A DNA stretch of 64,000 nucleotides, from positions 32,001-96,000 of the IMG/VR virus record IMGVR_UViG_3300036768_001490; one strand, written 5' to 3'. The DNA is from a virus. Shown here piece after piece: positions 47,880 through 57,119 of this stretch. Each line of letters opens with the position of its first letter. The stretch's first letter is position 1. A model generated the notes under the pieces. The model had not been told where the DNA came from, made no database searches, and saw nothing but the letters and a program-made list of their open reading frames with translations. The translations under genes were made by a program, and so were the position numbers.

Positions 47880-48380
47880 CTACGACGCCCGCCGCGGCCG
47901 CCGGAGACGGCGCCACAGCCGGCGGAGCGGCCGGACGTAGTAGTGGCCGACGAAGCCGCGGACCAGGGGCCAGCCGAGAGCCCGGCGGACGTCGTTTTCC
48001 CAGGCCGTGATCGGGCACTCGGCCCGGCTGCACACGGACCAGATGATGGCGAAGCAGGCAGGAAAGGCCAGATACCACGGGGCGTAGAACGGGGCGACGC
48101 AGAAGGCGGCCGCGTTCGCGCCCACCAGGGCCGAGTGGAACAGCCAGATCGCGGCCCAGCGGAATATGAGCCACGTCCGCTGCCACTCCCGCTCCCGGAC
48201 GGCCCCCACCTCCTCCGCTGCCCGGCGCAGCATGGCCAGCGACTGCCGGAGCGAGTCGTTCGTGCTGGTCTGGCCCACGGCCTCGTCCAGGGCGGTAAAG
48301 AGACAGCGCAGGTCCGCGTCCGAAAGGTACTCCCGTGCCAGGGCCAGGATGTTGCTGGCCTCCTCGGTCGTTGTTGGCAT
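47880..48380 (-). CDS. Membrane protein, DUF2784-like
   Basis: Two hydrophobic helices followed by CPITAWENDVRRALG...GFVGHYY, resembling the CPLT.lE..LR...GFI.HY motif. Confidence 0.45.
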   Translation of the reverse strand: MPTTTEEASNILALAREYLSDADLRCLFTALDEAVGQTSTNDSLRQSLAMLRRAAEEVGAVREREWQRTWLIFRWAAIWLFHSALVGANAAAFCVAPFYAPWYLAFPACFAIIWSVCSRAECPITAWENDVRRALGWPLVRGFVGHYYVRPLRRLWRRLRRPRRAS

Positions 48381-48381
48381 G

Positions 48382-50136
48382 TCAACCTCCCAGGATCTCG
48401 ACAGGGGTGTCCACTGTGATTTCACCGCGCCGATAGGCCCGGATGGCATCCTGGCGGGAACGGAACACGCGCGGGCGCTTCCTTGACACGGAGCGCCGCC
48501 GGGTGGACTCGTACAGCCCGCCCAGGTACTCCTGCCCCGGCATGTGTACCGGCGACTGGAAGTCCGCCGGCGAGAACAGGGACCGGCTGGGCAGCAGCCG
48601 GTCGTATGCCTCCTTCACCGCCTCCGGCGACGTCGGCACGTGGAACTGCATGGCGTCGCCGTCGAAGTCGGCGTTGAACCCCTTGGTCACGAGGGGGCTC
48701 AGGTGGATGGTGTTTCCGCTTACCAGCCGGGGGCGAAAGGCCAGGATGCCGAACTTGTGCAGCACGGGGGCCCGGTTGACGTACACGGGGCGCTCTTCCA
48801 TTTCCTCTTGCATGATGGAGCGGGCCAGCGGCGTCCGCTCCCGGACGTGGCGCAGGGCCTCGCGGATCGGCAGGCCGCGCCGCCGGAGCCGGCGGACGAT
48901 GAACTTGCTGTAGACGTCGAACGCCTGGTTCTCCGGGATGCCGATGGAGTCCATGTCCATGTCCGGGTCCGGCGTGATGACGGCCCGGCCGACGTTGTCC
49001 ACGGTGGTGGAGAGCAGCTTGCGCTGCATCGTGCCGAACTTGGGGGATTCTCCGAAGATGCTCTTCAGGATCCCACTGACGCCCTTCTCCTGGAGCTTGG
49101 GGTGCATGGGCTCGCCGAGACCCACGACGGCCTGGAAGGCGTGGTAGACGGCCAGGCGCTCGGGGCCCGCGTTCTTCTTGCCCACCTGCTTGACCATGTC
49201 GTTGTAGTTGCGGATGGCGTCCAGCAGCTCCTTGTACAGGTAGTTGGGGTCCGATATAAGCGGGATGCCCGTGTCTCCCAGCATGGACACGGGCCGGAAG
49301 GCAGGCGGCAGCACGGGCACCCGATGCAGCACCCAGTCGCGCGGGTGCAGGCCGAGCTTCTTGGCGCTGTCCAGGTACTGCCAGCGACGGATCGCCTCGT
49401 CCCGGTGGGAAGCGCGGCCGTACCGCCACTCCGCCCGGGCCTTGTCCAGCTCCTTGTCCAGGTCCAGCTGGTCCAGCGCCTTGGCCACGGCCTGGGGTCC
49501 GCTGCCGTACCCCGGCAGAGACTCGTCTCCGGCCAGCACCGCCTCGAACTTCTTCTGCGTCAGGCCCAGGATGCGGCGGATCGGCTCCTCCATGACCGGG
49601 TTCGGCAGCGGCTCGGGCAACTCGATGGCGGCCCAGCGCCGGCCGCCGTGTCCACCCGTCAGTTTGGGGTCAAACAGGCCGCCGGGGATGGGACTCATGT
49701 TGTCGTCGAAGCGCACCAGCTCCCCGGAACGGATGATGCGGTTGCCTGCCAGCTCCTTGACGTCCTGGTCCGTCAGGGCCATGACGTTTGCCCGGTGCCC
49801 GTCCGGGACGACATTGATGCCTGCCGCCTTCAGCTGGTGGACGAACTTATCGTACACGTAGGGCACCTTGGGCTTCACCGGCGTGAAGCCCAACATGAAC
49901 TGGAGCCAGAACTGTTCGTTCTTCTGTCCCCGGATGAGGCGGGCGTCCCGGAGCGTCTCCGTGGCCCCGTGGGACATCAGGGCGTTGACGTCCAGCATGG
50001 ACAGCCTCTTCGAGTTGCTGACGAGCACGCCGCAGACCGCGTACAGGTGGACGTCAGCGACCGTGATGTCGTAGACATCGGCCAGGCTGTCCCTGCCGGC
50101 AGACGGACAGTATGGCCGGACCTCCCTGACGCGCAT
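48382..50136 (-). CDS. rpoC: C-intein fused to RNAP beta C-terminus and beta-prime N-terminal half, including the catalytic NADFDGD
   Basis: NRAPVLHKFGILAF...GFNADFDGDAMQFHVP (motif at 48655..48675), VPVLPPAFRP and GRAVITPDP; N-terminal extein SKRLSMLDVNALMSHGATETLRD aligns with beta [23 protein letters not shown]. Confidence 0.9.
   Translation of the reverse strand: MRVREVRPYCPSAGRDSLADVYDITVADVHLYAVCGVLVSNSKRLSMLDVNALMSHGATETLRDARLIRGQKNEQFWLQFMLGFTPVKPKVPYVYDKFVHQLKAAGINVVPDGHRANVMALTDQDVKELAGNRIIRSGELVRFDDNMSPIPGGLFDPKLTGGHGGRRWAAIELPEPLPNPVMEEPIRRILGLTQKKFEAVLAGDESLPGYGSGPQAVAKALDQLDLDKELDKARAEWRYGRASHRDEAIRRWQYLDSAKKLGLHPRDWVLHRVPVLPPAFRPVSMLGDTGIPLISDPNYLYKELLDAIRNYNDMVKQVGKKNAGPERLAVYHAFQAVVGLGEPMHPKLQEKGVSGILKSIFGESPKFGTMQRKLLSTTVDNVGRAVITPDPDMDMDSIGIPENQAFDVYSKFIVRRLRRRGLPIREALRHVRERTPLARSIMQEEMEERPVYVNRAPVLHKFGILAFRPRLVSGNTIHLSPLVTKGFNADFDGDAMQFHVPTSPEAVKEAYDRLLPSRSLFSPADFQSPVHMPGQEYLGGLYESTRRRSVSRKRPRVFRSRQDAIRAYRRGEITVDTPVEILGG
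50014..50136 (-). mobile_element. Split intein, C-terminal half (41 aa)
   Basis: MRVREVRPY...VYDITVADVHLYAVCGVLVSN followed by Ser; own ATG with SD GGAGG at 7 nt. Confidence 0.85.
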
Positions 50137-50167
50137 GCTACGCCCTCCCTGGAGACCGCGCCGGACC

Positions 50168-53100
50168 CTAGCACTCCATCAGGTCGTCTCCCGCCGCCAG
50201 CTGGCACGCCAGCTTCCTGCTGCCATCTTGCAGCACGAACTCATGGTTGCGGGTGCATACCAGCGTGGCTCCGTCCGCCAGCTCGACCTCCACCAGCGTG
50301 GACGCGGGCACCCGGTAGTGGAACCAGTCCGTGACGGCGTACCAGCCTGCCTCCTGGCCCTCCAGGCCCCGCGCGCGGACGCGCAGAGGCAGACGTCCCT
50401 CCACCACCTGCCGGATCGTCCGCGGCCCCTGGTCCGTGTGCAACACGGTGTCGCCCAGGAAGCAGCCCATTTCCCCTCCCTTGGACGGGCTCTCGTCCAG
50501 GGAGTACGCGCCCCCGCCGCGGCCCTGGCCCTTGGAATTGCCGGACAGCATCGGCTTGCCGTTGCGACGGACATACAGCAGACCTGTCTCCATTTCCGCG
50601 CAGTAGACGATGCCGTTGTAGTCCTTGGTCCAGAAACGGCCCTCGCCCGGACCGGCCCAGGCATCGGTGCGCTCCGGCACCACGCGGCAGACCCAGGAGG
50701 GCAGGAAGTGGGAACTGGGCCCGGGCGGCCGCCGCTGCACGATGGCGCCAAGTCCCGCCCGGATGAACAGCTCCTGGAAATCGTCCGCCAGGCCCCGGGA
50801 CAGGGACACGTAGCCCAGGCGCCGCCCCGCCTCGTCCCTGCCGCAGCTAGCCAGCCAGGCGGCACAGGTCCGGCGCAGCACGTCCGGCGGCTGCTCCAGC
50901 AAGTGGCGTGGCAGGCGCTTGGAGCGGGCATGCCCGCCGTACCGCCGCAGGTGTTGCGCAAGAGGACGGTGCGCCAGGACGTAACCCTTACCGGGGACGT
51001 ACTCCCACGGCAGGGCCAGACGTTGCAGCAGCTCCTCCAGCGCCGCAGCCCGCGCCGGCCCGTCGCCCGGCTTTTGCCCACGGACGAAGAAGGTGACGTC
51101 CGCGCGCCGCGGCGTCACCCGGGCATGGCCCGCGCCGGCCCACCAGCCGACCAGCTCGGCGTAGTCCCCGCAGTCCATCTCCTGGCCGCACACGAGCAGT
51201 CTGGCAGCGCAGACCTGGCCATTCTCCACTGGCCAGCCAAACTGGGGCACGCGGAAGCGGCGGCCATGCACCTCCTGCGCCGGCAGCAGGGCGCACACCG
51301 GGTCGGGACACTGGCCCAGGTCCGCGTACAGGCGGTGGTTTCCCGTGACCAGGTAGTCGAGGTCGCGGCTCGTGAAGCCGTACAGGGTGCCACGGAAGGA
51401 AGCCCGGATGAGGCGCAGCGGCCGCTCGAACACCAGCCGGCCGCCACGCACCGTGGCCAGCTCGTCGTCGCAGCGCACCTGGGGCCAGGGCACCCAGCCA
51501 CGGGCAGTCAGGGCCTCCGTGGCGGCATCGAAGCACTCCGCCGTGTGGTGCAGCTTCATGAAGAAGCGGTTGCCGGTAGCGATCCCGCGGACCTTCATGT
51601 CCCTTTCCGGCCAGAAGATGTCCTCGGTGTCCTTCAGGCCGTGCCGCTCCAGCTGCCGCCGCACCCAGGCGGTCATGTCCTCCTCGCCCTCGAAATCAGT
51701 CACCTTGATGGGGCGTCCCAGCTTCCGGGCCAGCTTGCCCAGCATGGCCTCCGCGATCTGGGCCGGGTTGACACGGGTGATGACGCCGAGCGGGTTCAGC
51801 AGGACTTCCAAAGGCTCGCCGTCCTCGCCCCGCGGCATCAGGCTGTCTGGCACAATGGCGGCGACCACGCCCTTGTCCCCGTAGCGCCCGGACATCTTGT
51901 CGCCGACCTGCATTGGCTCGACGGACTTGACCACGACGACCGGCCCGCTCTTGCTCCAGACCACGTCGGTGACGACGCCCGGCTGGTGGTGCTTCCACAG
52001 CACGCTCTCGTCGTTGTACCCAGGCTGCTTCTTCCGGTGGACCTTGTTCTGTGCATGCTCCCGCTGCCGCGCCGCCAAGATGAGCGGGTCGCCGTACTGG
52101 ACGACCGTGCCCGGCTTGACCGTGCCGTCGTCGTTGATGGTGTCCAGCACCTTCCGCTCGAACTTCTGGGGAAAGAGGCCGATGAAATCGCGCTTGCCCA
52201 GCTTGTGTCGGTCGCTCACCTCCAGACTGTGCTGGTACATGTGCTCGGACGACATCTTCTTGGCCATGCCCTCGGAGATCACGACGGCGTCCTCGTAGTT
52301 GTACCCCAGGTAGGGCCAGTAGGCCACGCGGGCATTGACCCCCAGGGCCATCGCGCCGTTGTTGTCCGTGTAGTTGCTCCGGGCCAAAAGCTGGCCGCGT
52401 CGGAAGTTGTCGCCTGGTCGGACCAGGGGGATCTGGTGGATGAACGTCTTGCGGTTGAATGGATAGTTGTCGTACAGCTCGATCTCTTCCTTCCGGCCAT
52501 CCGCGTACTGGACCTTGATTACTCCGTCACGGACGTCGATGACCCGTCCGTCCGCACCAGCCTCCACTGCGCCAAGGTGCTTGCCGTACTCTTCCTCAAA
52601 AGATCTCTTCCCCTTGGACTCTGGTGTGCCGGATTGTACAAGCGGAGCCTCGGCGGCGATGAGAGGAAGGGCCTGCGTAATGTAGCGGCTGCCCATCGCC
52701 ACGCGCTGTCCCTTGACCATGCTTTTAAGCGGCACCAGGTTGCCCAGAGGGCTGAACGTGTCCTCGAAATGAGGGATGACAAAGTCGATGTCTTTCTTGC
52801 GCACATAGGACAGTTTGCCTCCCTTCATCACAGGCACGCGCTTGCTGTCCCAGCGGAGGACGTCCGGCGTGGCCACGGCCGCGTCGGCCAGGTCGCGCGG
52901 CCCCTTCCAGACCAGCTTTCCCCTCCGGTCGAGCAGCTGCACGTACAAGCTGCCGTCACTCCCCTTGCGCGCACCCCGGGCCACATGCAGGTCCACGCCT
53001 GCCCGGAAGCTGTTACCAGACCAGTGACCCGGAGTGCCGTCCCGGCGGACGTAGAGAAGTCCGCCCGGCACCGTGGCGCAGTAGACGGGGCCGTCGTAGT

Positions 53101-55258
53101 CCAGCCGGTAGTAGGACGCTGGCGATGCGCCCCATTCCTCGTCGCCAGCATAGAGGCGGACGCGGTGCCGGCGCCGCTGCCCGTCCGGCTCAGGACGCAG
53201 CACGCTGGGGATGCCCAGCGTGAAGGCCAGCAGGACCATCTGCTTGGCCAGGGCCAGGCTGCTAGACTGGAACTGGACGAACCGGCCGTGCCGGTCCTTC
53301 CTTCCACCGGCCAGCAGCAGGACCGCGTACAGGCGGCGGCGGGACTCCAGGCTGCCGGCCAGCAGACAATCCGGCAGCCTGCGGCCGTGTGGACCGTCCA
53401 GCTCCCGGCAGAGACCGGCCAGGCGCCTGTCCTCCAACACGAAGACCTGGCCGGCCGCGTCATACTCCCAGACAAGTCCCAGGCGCGTCAGCAGGGCGGT
53501 GAGCCGCGCGTGCTGGGAACGGTACGCTTGCGGACGGCAAGACAGGCGCAGCCTGTCCGGGTTGATGACGTCTTCCTCCTGGTCAGCCGTCCCGGCCGCG
53601 GCCGTGTACCAGCAGACCAGCTCCGCCCAATCCTCCGCCGACCCGGGCCGACCCGAGGTCCACTCCTCCCAGGCACCGTATAGATCATCGCCGCGGTAGC
53701 AGGGACCGCCGCCGAGATGGAGGCGGGGCCGGCCAAAGGCTGCCGCGGCCGTCTCTTCCTGGTAAGTCCCGTCCGCCTGGCCGCGCGGCCGCACCCACAG
53801 GCGATGGTCCGGCGTGACCAGATAGCTCAGCAGCCGCGTCCGCACACCCAGCAGCTTGCCACGGTAATGGCCACAGTGCAGCTGCGTGGGCCGGTGCCAC
53901 TCCACGGTGCCACCGACCAGGCAGGCCAGCTCGTCCTTCTGGGCCACTTCCGGCCACGCCTTCCAGCCGGAGCGAGTCATCACCTCGGTCCGGGCGTCGT
54001 AGCACTCCGGCGTGCGCAGCGGGTCGATGAAGCCCAGGTGCGACGGCTGCACGGAGCGGGCCTCGTCCGGAATGGAGTCGATGTTCGGGATGCCGCCCTC
54101 TCCCATGCGCGTGATCCGCGTCTGCTTGTCAAACACTTCCGCCGGGTTGATCTCCTCCAGCGCCTCTGCCAGGCCGCTGCCCAGCAAGACCTCCTCGATC
54201 TGAGGCGTCAGGGCACCGCTCGGCATCTTGTCCAGCGAGCCGGCCAGGGAGACCTTGCGGAACAGCTGCGCCAGGGTCCGGCCGTGGTCGCGGGCGATGC
54301 GCTCGGCGAACATGTCCTCGGGACCGAGGAAGACCTGGTAAGCCAGGTGGTCGCGGTCGTCCGGGTCGGTTTCCCGGCGGCTGACCTGGAGCAGCTTCTG
54401 CGTGGCCTTGAGGATGACCTCCTTGCTGAGCCGGTCATACGGCTGCCCCAGGGTGTGGCGGGTGACTTCCGGGTCCAGCTCCATCGCCTGGAACTTGGCG
54501 ACCAGCTTTTGCCGTTCGCTGCCCTCGTCCCCGTCCCGCTCGTTCTTCCGCAGCAGGCGGTCGGCCAGTTTTCGCATGGTCCCCCGGTCGGGATACTGGG
54601 CATTGGCGGCGTACAGATCGTTGCCCCAGTAGGCCCGCACCTCCCGGTCGGTGGCCCCCATAGCTTGCAGCAGCGGCAGTAGCGGCATCTCCGCCTGGCC
54701 CAGGCGGATCTTGAACAATCCCTTTTCTGGGTCCAGGAAGTAACGGTGCGAGACGCCCTTCCCTGGCAGCACGTTGACGTGGCTTTCCAGCTCCCCGTTG
54801 TCCTTGATGCGGGTGAAGATGCCCGGCCGCAGCCGTTGCTGGTGGCTGACCGTGTACTCGTTGCCCCGGTGGATGAACGTCCCCAGGCTGGACAGATAGG
54901 GCACGCGCGCGATGACCTGGGTGCGACGTTGTAGCTCCTTGCCAGTGGCCGAGTCCTCCAGCACCCAGGTGCCCTGCAAGCGCCGGGCCAGCGTGCCGCC
55001 CGTGAGAACGGCCTGCTTGCGCTGACGGCGAGAGAAGCGCTCCGGGTCGGCCCACTTCACGTCGGTCAGGCGCAGACGGTGCTTGCCGTCATCCAGCGGA
55101 GCAATGGACTGGGCGGCATGGAGCACGTTGTCGTAGAGGGAACGGCGCGTGGCATCGGTGTCGCCAAAGGCGCGCAATGCCGGCAGAGGTGACGGCGGAG
55201 CCGCGCCGGCGCCGGCGAGCACGGCGTCGGCCCTCGTTGGTGGCAGTAGCGACGACAC
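50168..55258 (-). CDS. rpoB: Phage RNA polymerase beta subunit with two cis-inteins and a C-terminal N-intein
   Basis: GFIDPLRTPE (cf. GRVCPIETPE), QRVAMGSRYITQAL (cf. RALMGANMQRQA), GDKMSGRYGDKGVV (cf. GDKMAGRHGNKGVI), FMKLHH (cf. MLKLNH). Likely GTG start at 55258 with SD AAGGAAGG. Confidence 0.9.
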   Translation of the reverse strand: MSSLLPPTRADAVLAGAGAAPPSPLPALRAFGDTDATRRSLYDNVLHAAQSIAPLDDGKHRLRLTDVKWADPERFSRRQRKQAVLTGGTLARRLQGTWVLEDSATGKELQRRTQVIARVPYLSSLGTFIHRGNEYTVSHQQRLRPGIFTRIKDNGELESHVNVLPGKGVSHRYFLDPEKGLFKIRLGQAEMPLLPLLQAMGATDREVRAYWGNDLYAANAQYPDRGTMRKLADRLLRKNERDGDEGSERQKLVAKFQAMELDPEVTRHTLGQPYDRLSKEVILKATQKLLQVSRRETDPDDRDHLAYQVFLGPEDMFAERIARDHGRTLAQLFRKVSLAGSLDKMPSGALTPQIEEVLLGSGLAEALEEINPAEVFDKQTRITRMGEGGIPNIDSIPDEARSVQPSHLGFIDPLRTPECYDARTEVMTRSGWKAWPEVAQKDELACLVGGTVEWHRPTQLHCGHYRGKLLGVRTRLLSYLVTPDHRLWVRPRGQADGTYQEETAAAAFGRPRLHLGGGPCYRGDDLYGAWEEWTSGRPGSAEDWAELVCWYTAAAGTADQEEDVINPDRLRLSCRPQAYRSQHARLTALLTRLGLVWEYDAAGQVFVLEDRRLAGLCRELDGPHGRRLPDCLLAGSLESRRRLYAVLLLAGGRKDRHGRFVQFQSSSLALAKQMVLLAFTLGIPSVLRPEPDGQRRRHRVRLYAGDEEWGASPASYYRLDYDGPVYCATVPGGLLYVRRDGTPGHWSGNSFRAGVDLHVARGARKGSDGSLYVQLLDRRGKLVWKGPRDLADAAVATPDVLRWDSKRVPVMKGGKLSYVRKKDIDFVIPHFEDTFSPLGNLVPLKSMVKGQRVAMGSRYITQALPLIAAEAPLVQSGTPESKGKRSFEEEYGKHLGAVEAGADGRVIDVRDGVIKVQYADGRKEEIELYDNYPFNRKTFIHQIPLVRPGDNFRRGQLLARSNYTDNNGAMALGVNARVAYWPYLGYNYEDAVVISEGMAKKMSSEHMYQHSLEVSDRHKLGKRDFIGLFPQKFERKVLDTINDDGTVKPGTVVQYGDPLILAARQREHAQNKVHRKKQPGYNDESVLWKHHQPGVVTDVVWSKSGPVVVVKSVEPMQVGDKMSGRYGDKGVVAAIVPDSLMPRGEDGEPLEVLLNPLGVITRVNPAQIAEAMLGKLARKLGRPIKVTDFEGEEDMTAWVRRQLERHGLKDTEDIFWPERDMKVRGIATGNRFFMKLHHTAECFDAATEALTARGWVPWPQVRCDDELATVRGGRLVFERPLRLIRASFRGTLYGFTSRDLDYLVTGNHRLYADLGQCPDPVCALLPAQEVHGRRFRVPQFGWPVENGQVCAARLLVCGQEMDCGDYAELVGWWAGAGHARVTPRRADVTFFVRGQKPGDGPARAAALEELLQRLALPWEYVPGKGYVLAHRPLAQHLRRYGGHARSKRLPRHLLEQPPDVLRRTCAAWLASCGRDEAGRRLGYVSLSRGLADDFQELFIRAGLGAIVQRRPPGPSSHFLPSWVCRVVPERTDAWAGPGEGRFWTKDYNGIVYCAEMETGLLYVRRNGKPMLSGNSKGQGRGGGAYSLDESPSKGGEMGCFLGDTVLHTDQGPRTIRQVVEGRLPLRVRARGLEGQEAGWYAVTDWFHYRVPASTLVEVELADGATLVCTRNHEFVLQDGSRKLACQLAAGDDLMEC
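50171..50464 (-). mobile_element. Split intein, N-terminal half (98 aa)
   Basis: C1 FLGDTVLHT; block B VCTRNHEF; ends GDDLMEC-stop with no block F/G. Confidence 0.85.
50537..51535 (-). mobile_element. Intein 2 in RNAP beta (333 aa) with degenerate LAGLIDADG domain
   Basis: C1 FDAATEALT; block B VTGNHRL; end VYCAEMETGLLYVRRNGKPMLSGN followed by Ser. Confidence 0.9.
53012..54004 (-). mobile_element. Intein 1 in RNAP beta (331 aa) with degenerate LAGLIDADG domain
   Basis: C1 YDARTEVMT; block B VTPDHRL; end VYCATVPGGLLYVRRDGTPGHWSGN followed by Ser. Confidence 0.9.
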
Positions 55259-55298
55259 GGCTTGCCCCTTCCTTGCCAAGTCACCTTCCCGTCCGCCG

Positions 55299-56297
55299 CT
55301 ACCGTGTCCGGCCGGACGGAGCGCGGCCATGTCCCCCTTCTGTCCCGGCAGGCACTGGCGGCACCATGACCGGCTCGGGAATGGCGTAGATCGCGTCCGG
55401 CTGCTGCTCGAACAGGCGCCGCTGCTGGCGACGCAAGGCGTTCTCCAGGAGCTTCCGCCGCGAACGCTTCTCTATCCGGTCGTACACGATGGCCCCCGTC
55501 AGCAAGGCGCTGAGGCCGGCATAGGCCCCATAAATGCCGGGAAGGCGCTCCAGGAAGCCGGGAATGCGATCCATGAGGCCGCCGATGTCCAGTGCCTCCT
55601 TTTCCAGGGAAGTGCCCAGCAGCTGCTGCATCCTGCCCCACAGTGCGTCGAGCGCCTTGCCGACCTTGACCATGTCCGGCTCGTCCTTCTCCTGGCCACG
55701 GTCGGCGGCCTTCTTGGGAGAAACGCCAGGCAGCGACTCCAGGGGCTCGTCGTACTGCGCGAGAATGGCCTGGCGGAACTCACGCCGCGCCTTGCTCAGC
55801 TCCTCCTCGTTTTCCCGCCGCCGCTGCTCCCGGAGCAGGTTCGTCAGGCCACCGTAGCCCAGGCCGAAGCCGCCGAGCGCGGCGGCGAACATGGCGGGGT
55901 AGTACCAGGGGAAGCCACCCTTGGAACGGGGCGGCGACACCTCCACCTGCACCTTCTCCACCTGCCCCTCCTTCACCTGCCCCTGCGGGGACTCCTCCAC
56001 CGGGTAGGGCAGCGGCAGCAGGGCAGGCCCCCAGCGCCGACGCTTGCGCTGCTTCGAGCGCATCATGTTGTACATGCCCACCGCGCTGGCGCCGGCGGCG
56101 CCGATGCCCAACGAGGCAAGGCCCAGTTTGCGGATGTCCTGCAATGCCTCGTCCTGGAGCTTGGACAGCTTCAGCCGCTTCACCGCGTTGACGAAGTTCT
56201 GCACGTCGTCCGGCGTGACATTCATCCCTTGCTTACTGGCGATTTCTTTCACCTGTGACGGGGAGAGAAAATTCGCGTTGCTGCGGAGGCCAAACAT
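55299..56297 (-). CDS. Glycine-rich multi-helix protein, putative internal virion/membrane protein
   Basis: 332 aa, three Gly/Ala-rich hydrophobic helices each followed by basic residues; KKA and EKEA sites. Confidence 0.6.
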   Translation of the reverse strand: MFGLRSNANFLSPSQVKEIASKQGMNVTPDDVQNFVNAVKRLKLSKLQDEALQDIRKLGLASLGIGAAGASAVGMYNMMRSKQRKRRRWGPALLPLPYPVEESPQGQVKEGQVEKVQVEVSPPRSKGGFPWYYPAMFAAALGGFGLGYGGLTNLLREQRRRENEEELSKARREFRQAILAQYDEPLESLPGVSPKKAADRGQEKDEPDMVKVGKALDALWGRMQQLLGTSLEKEALDIGGLMDRIPGFLERLPGIYGAYAGLSALLTGAIVYDRIEKRSRRKLLENALRRQQRRLFEQQPDAIYAIPEPVMVPPVPAGTEGGHGRAPSGRTR

Positions 56298-56667
56298 GTC
56301 CTAACTCCACTGTCTTGTCACTCAAGAACGGCGTGCGCGTGCCATCTTCCAGGTAATACTCAAACCACTCGACGTAATGCTTGGTGGTCCCGCGCCAGAA
56401 TCGTTCCAGGTAAAACAGCTGAAACCAGCCGTTGCCGCAACACTCCATGACGTCGCAGAACAGCTTGTTCTCCCGAGGCACGGTCACGTCAAAGAACGCA
56501 TTGCGGAAGTCCGAGACCTTGACGACGCGAGCCTCGTACTCGTCCTCGGGCAGCACGGGCGCGGTCGGCCCACGGAACGGCAGGCCGTCCACAGACGACC
56601 TGCCCCACCAGAGCCGCTGCCCGGCGCTGTGCGTCCGGTTGCTGAACTTGACCAGGCTGGAAGGCAT
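56233..56667 (-). CDS. Hypothetical protein
   Basis: 144 aa aromatic-rich open frame; overlaps the next gene by 65 nt. Confidence 0.5.
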   Translation of the reverse strand: MPSSLVKFSNRTHSAGQRLWWGRSSVDGLPFRGPTAPVLPEDEYEARVVKVSDFRNAFFDVTVPRENKLFCDVMECCGNGWFQLFYLERFWRGTTKHYVEWFEYYLEDGTRTPFLSDKTVELGHVWPPQQREFSLPVTGERNRQ

Positions 56668-56685
56668 GGACGACGCTCGCGGGTT

Positions 56686-57096
56686 CTAGGGGAAGACACG
56701 CCCCGTCTTCCGCTTCTTCTTGGCATAGTCCTTGATGGCCCGCCGGCGGCGGAGGGCTTCCGTCTCCCGCTTGTACGCCTCCACCAGCTCCATGTTCTTG
56801 ACTTCCTCGATGTCCTGGTAGTCGATGTCGGTGGCGCGAGACAGGGCGTAACCGCCGATGCCGCCAATGATGGGCGGAGCAGCCAGAGCCAGCGGTAGGC
56901 CGTACATGAACAAGCCCTTTGCGACCCCCTCGCCCAGGCCGTACAACTTGTCCAGCATGCCCGTGATGAAGGCGCGCTTCTCCAGCAGGTCGTTGGCTGC
57001 CTGGACCCGTTCCAGCATCTGCGCCGGTGTCAGCTGCTCTTCCACACAGCGGGAGAGGAAGCCGACCTTGAAAGCCTCCCTGGCAGAAAGCGCCAT
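56686..57096 (-). CDS. Small glycine-rich putative internal virion protein
   Basis: Leader AFKVGFLSRC...EKRA-F then hydrophobic helix LPLALAAPPIIGGIGGYAL. Confidence 0.65.
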   Translation of the reverse strand: MALSAREAFKVGFLSRCVEEQLTPAQMLERVQAANDLLEKRAFITGMLDKLYGLGEGVAKGLFMYGLPLALAAPPIIGGIGGYALSRATDIDYQDIEEVKNMELVEAYKRETEALRRRRAIKDYAKKKRKTGRVFP

Positions 57097-57119
57097 GCCC
57101 CACGTCCTTCCCATACCAT

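Noticed and set aside
40486-55258. Host rpoBC operon
   Set aside because: Too divergent, non-canonical splits, no ribosomal protein genes nearby, and embedded among capsid and tail genes.
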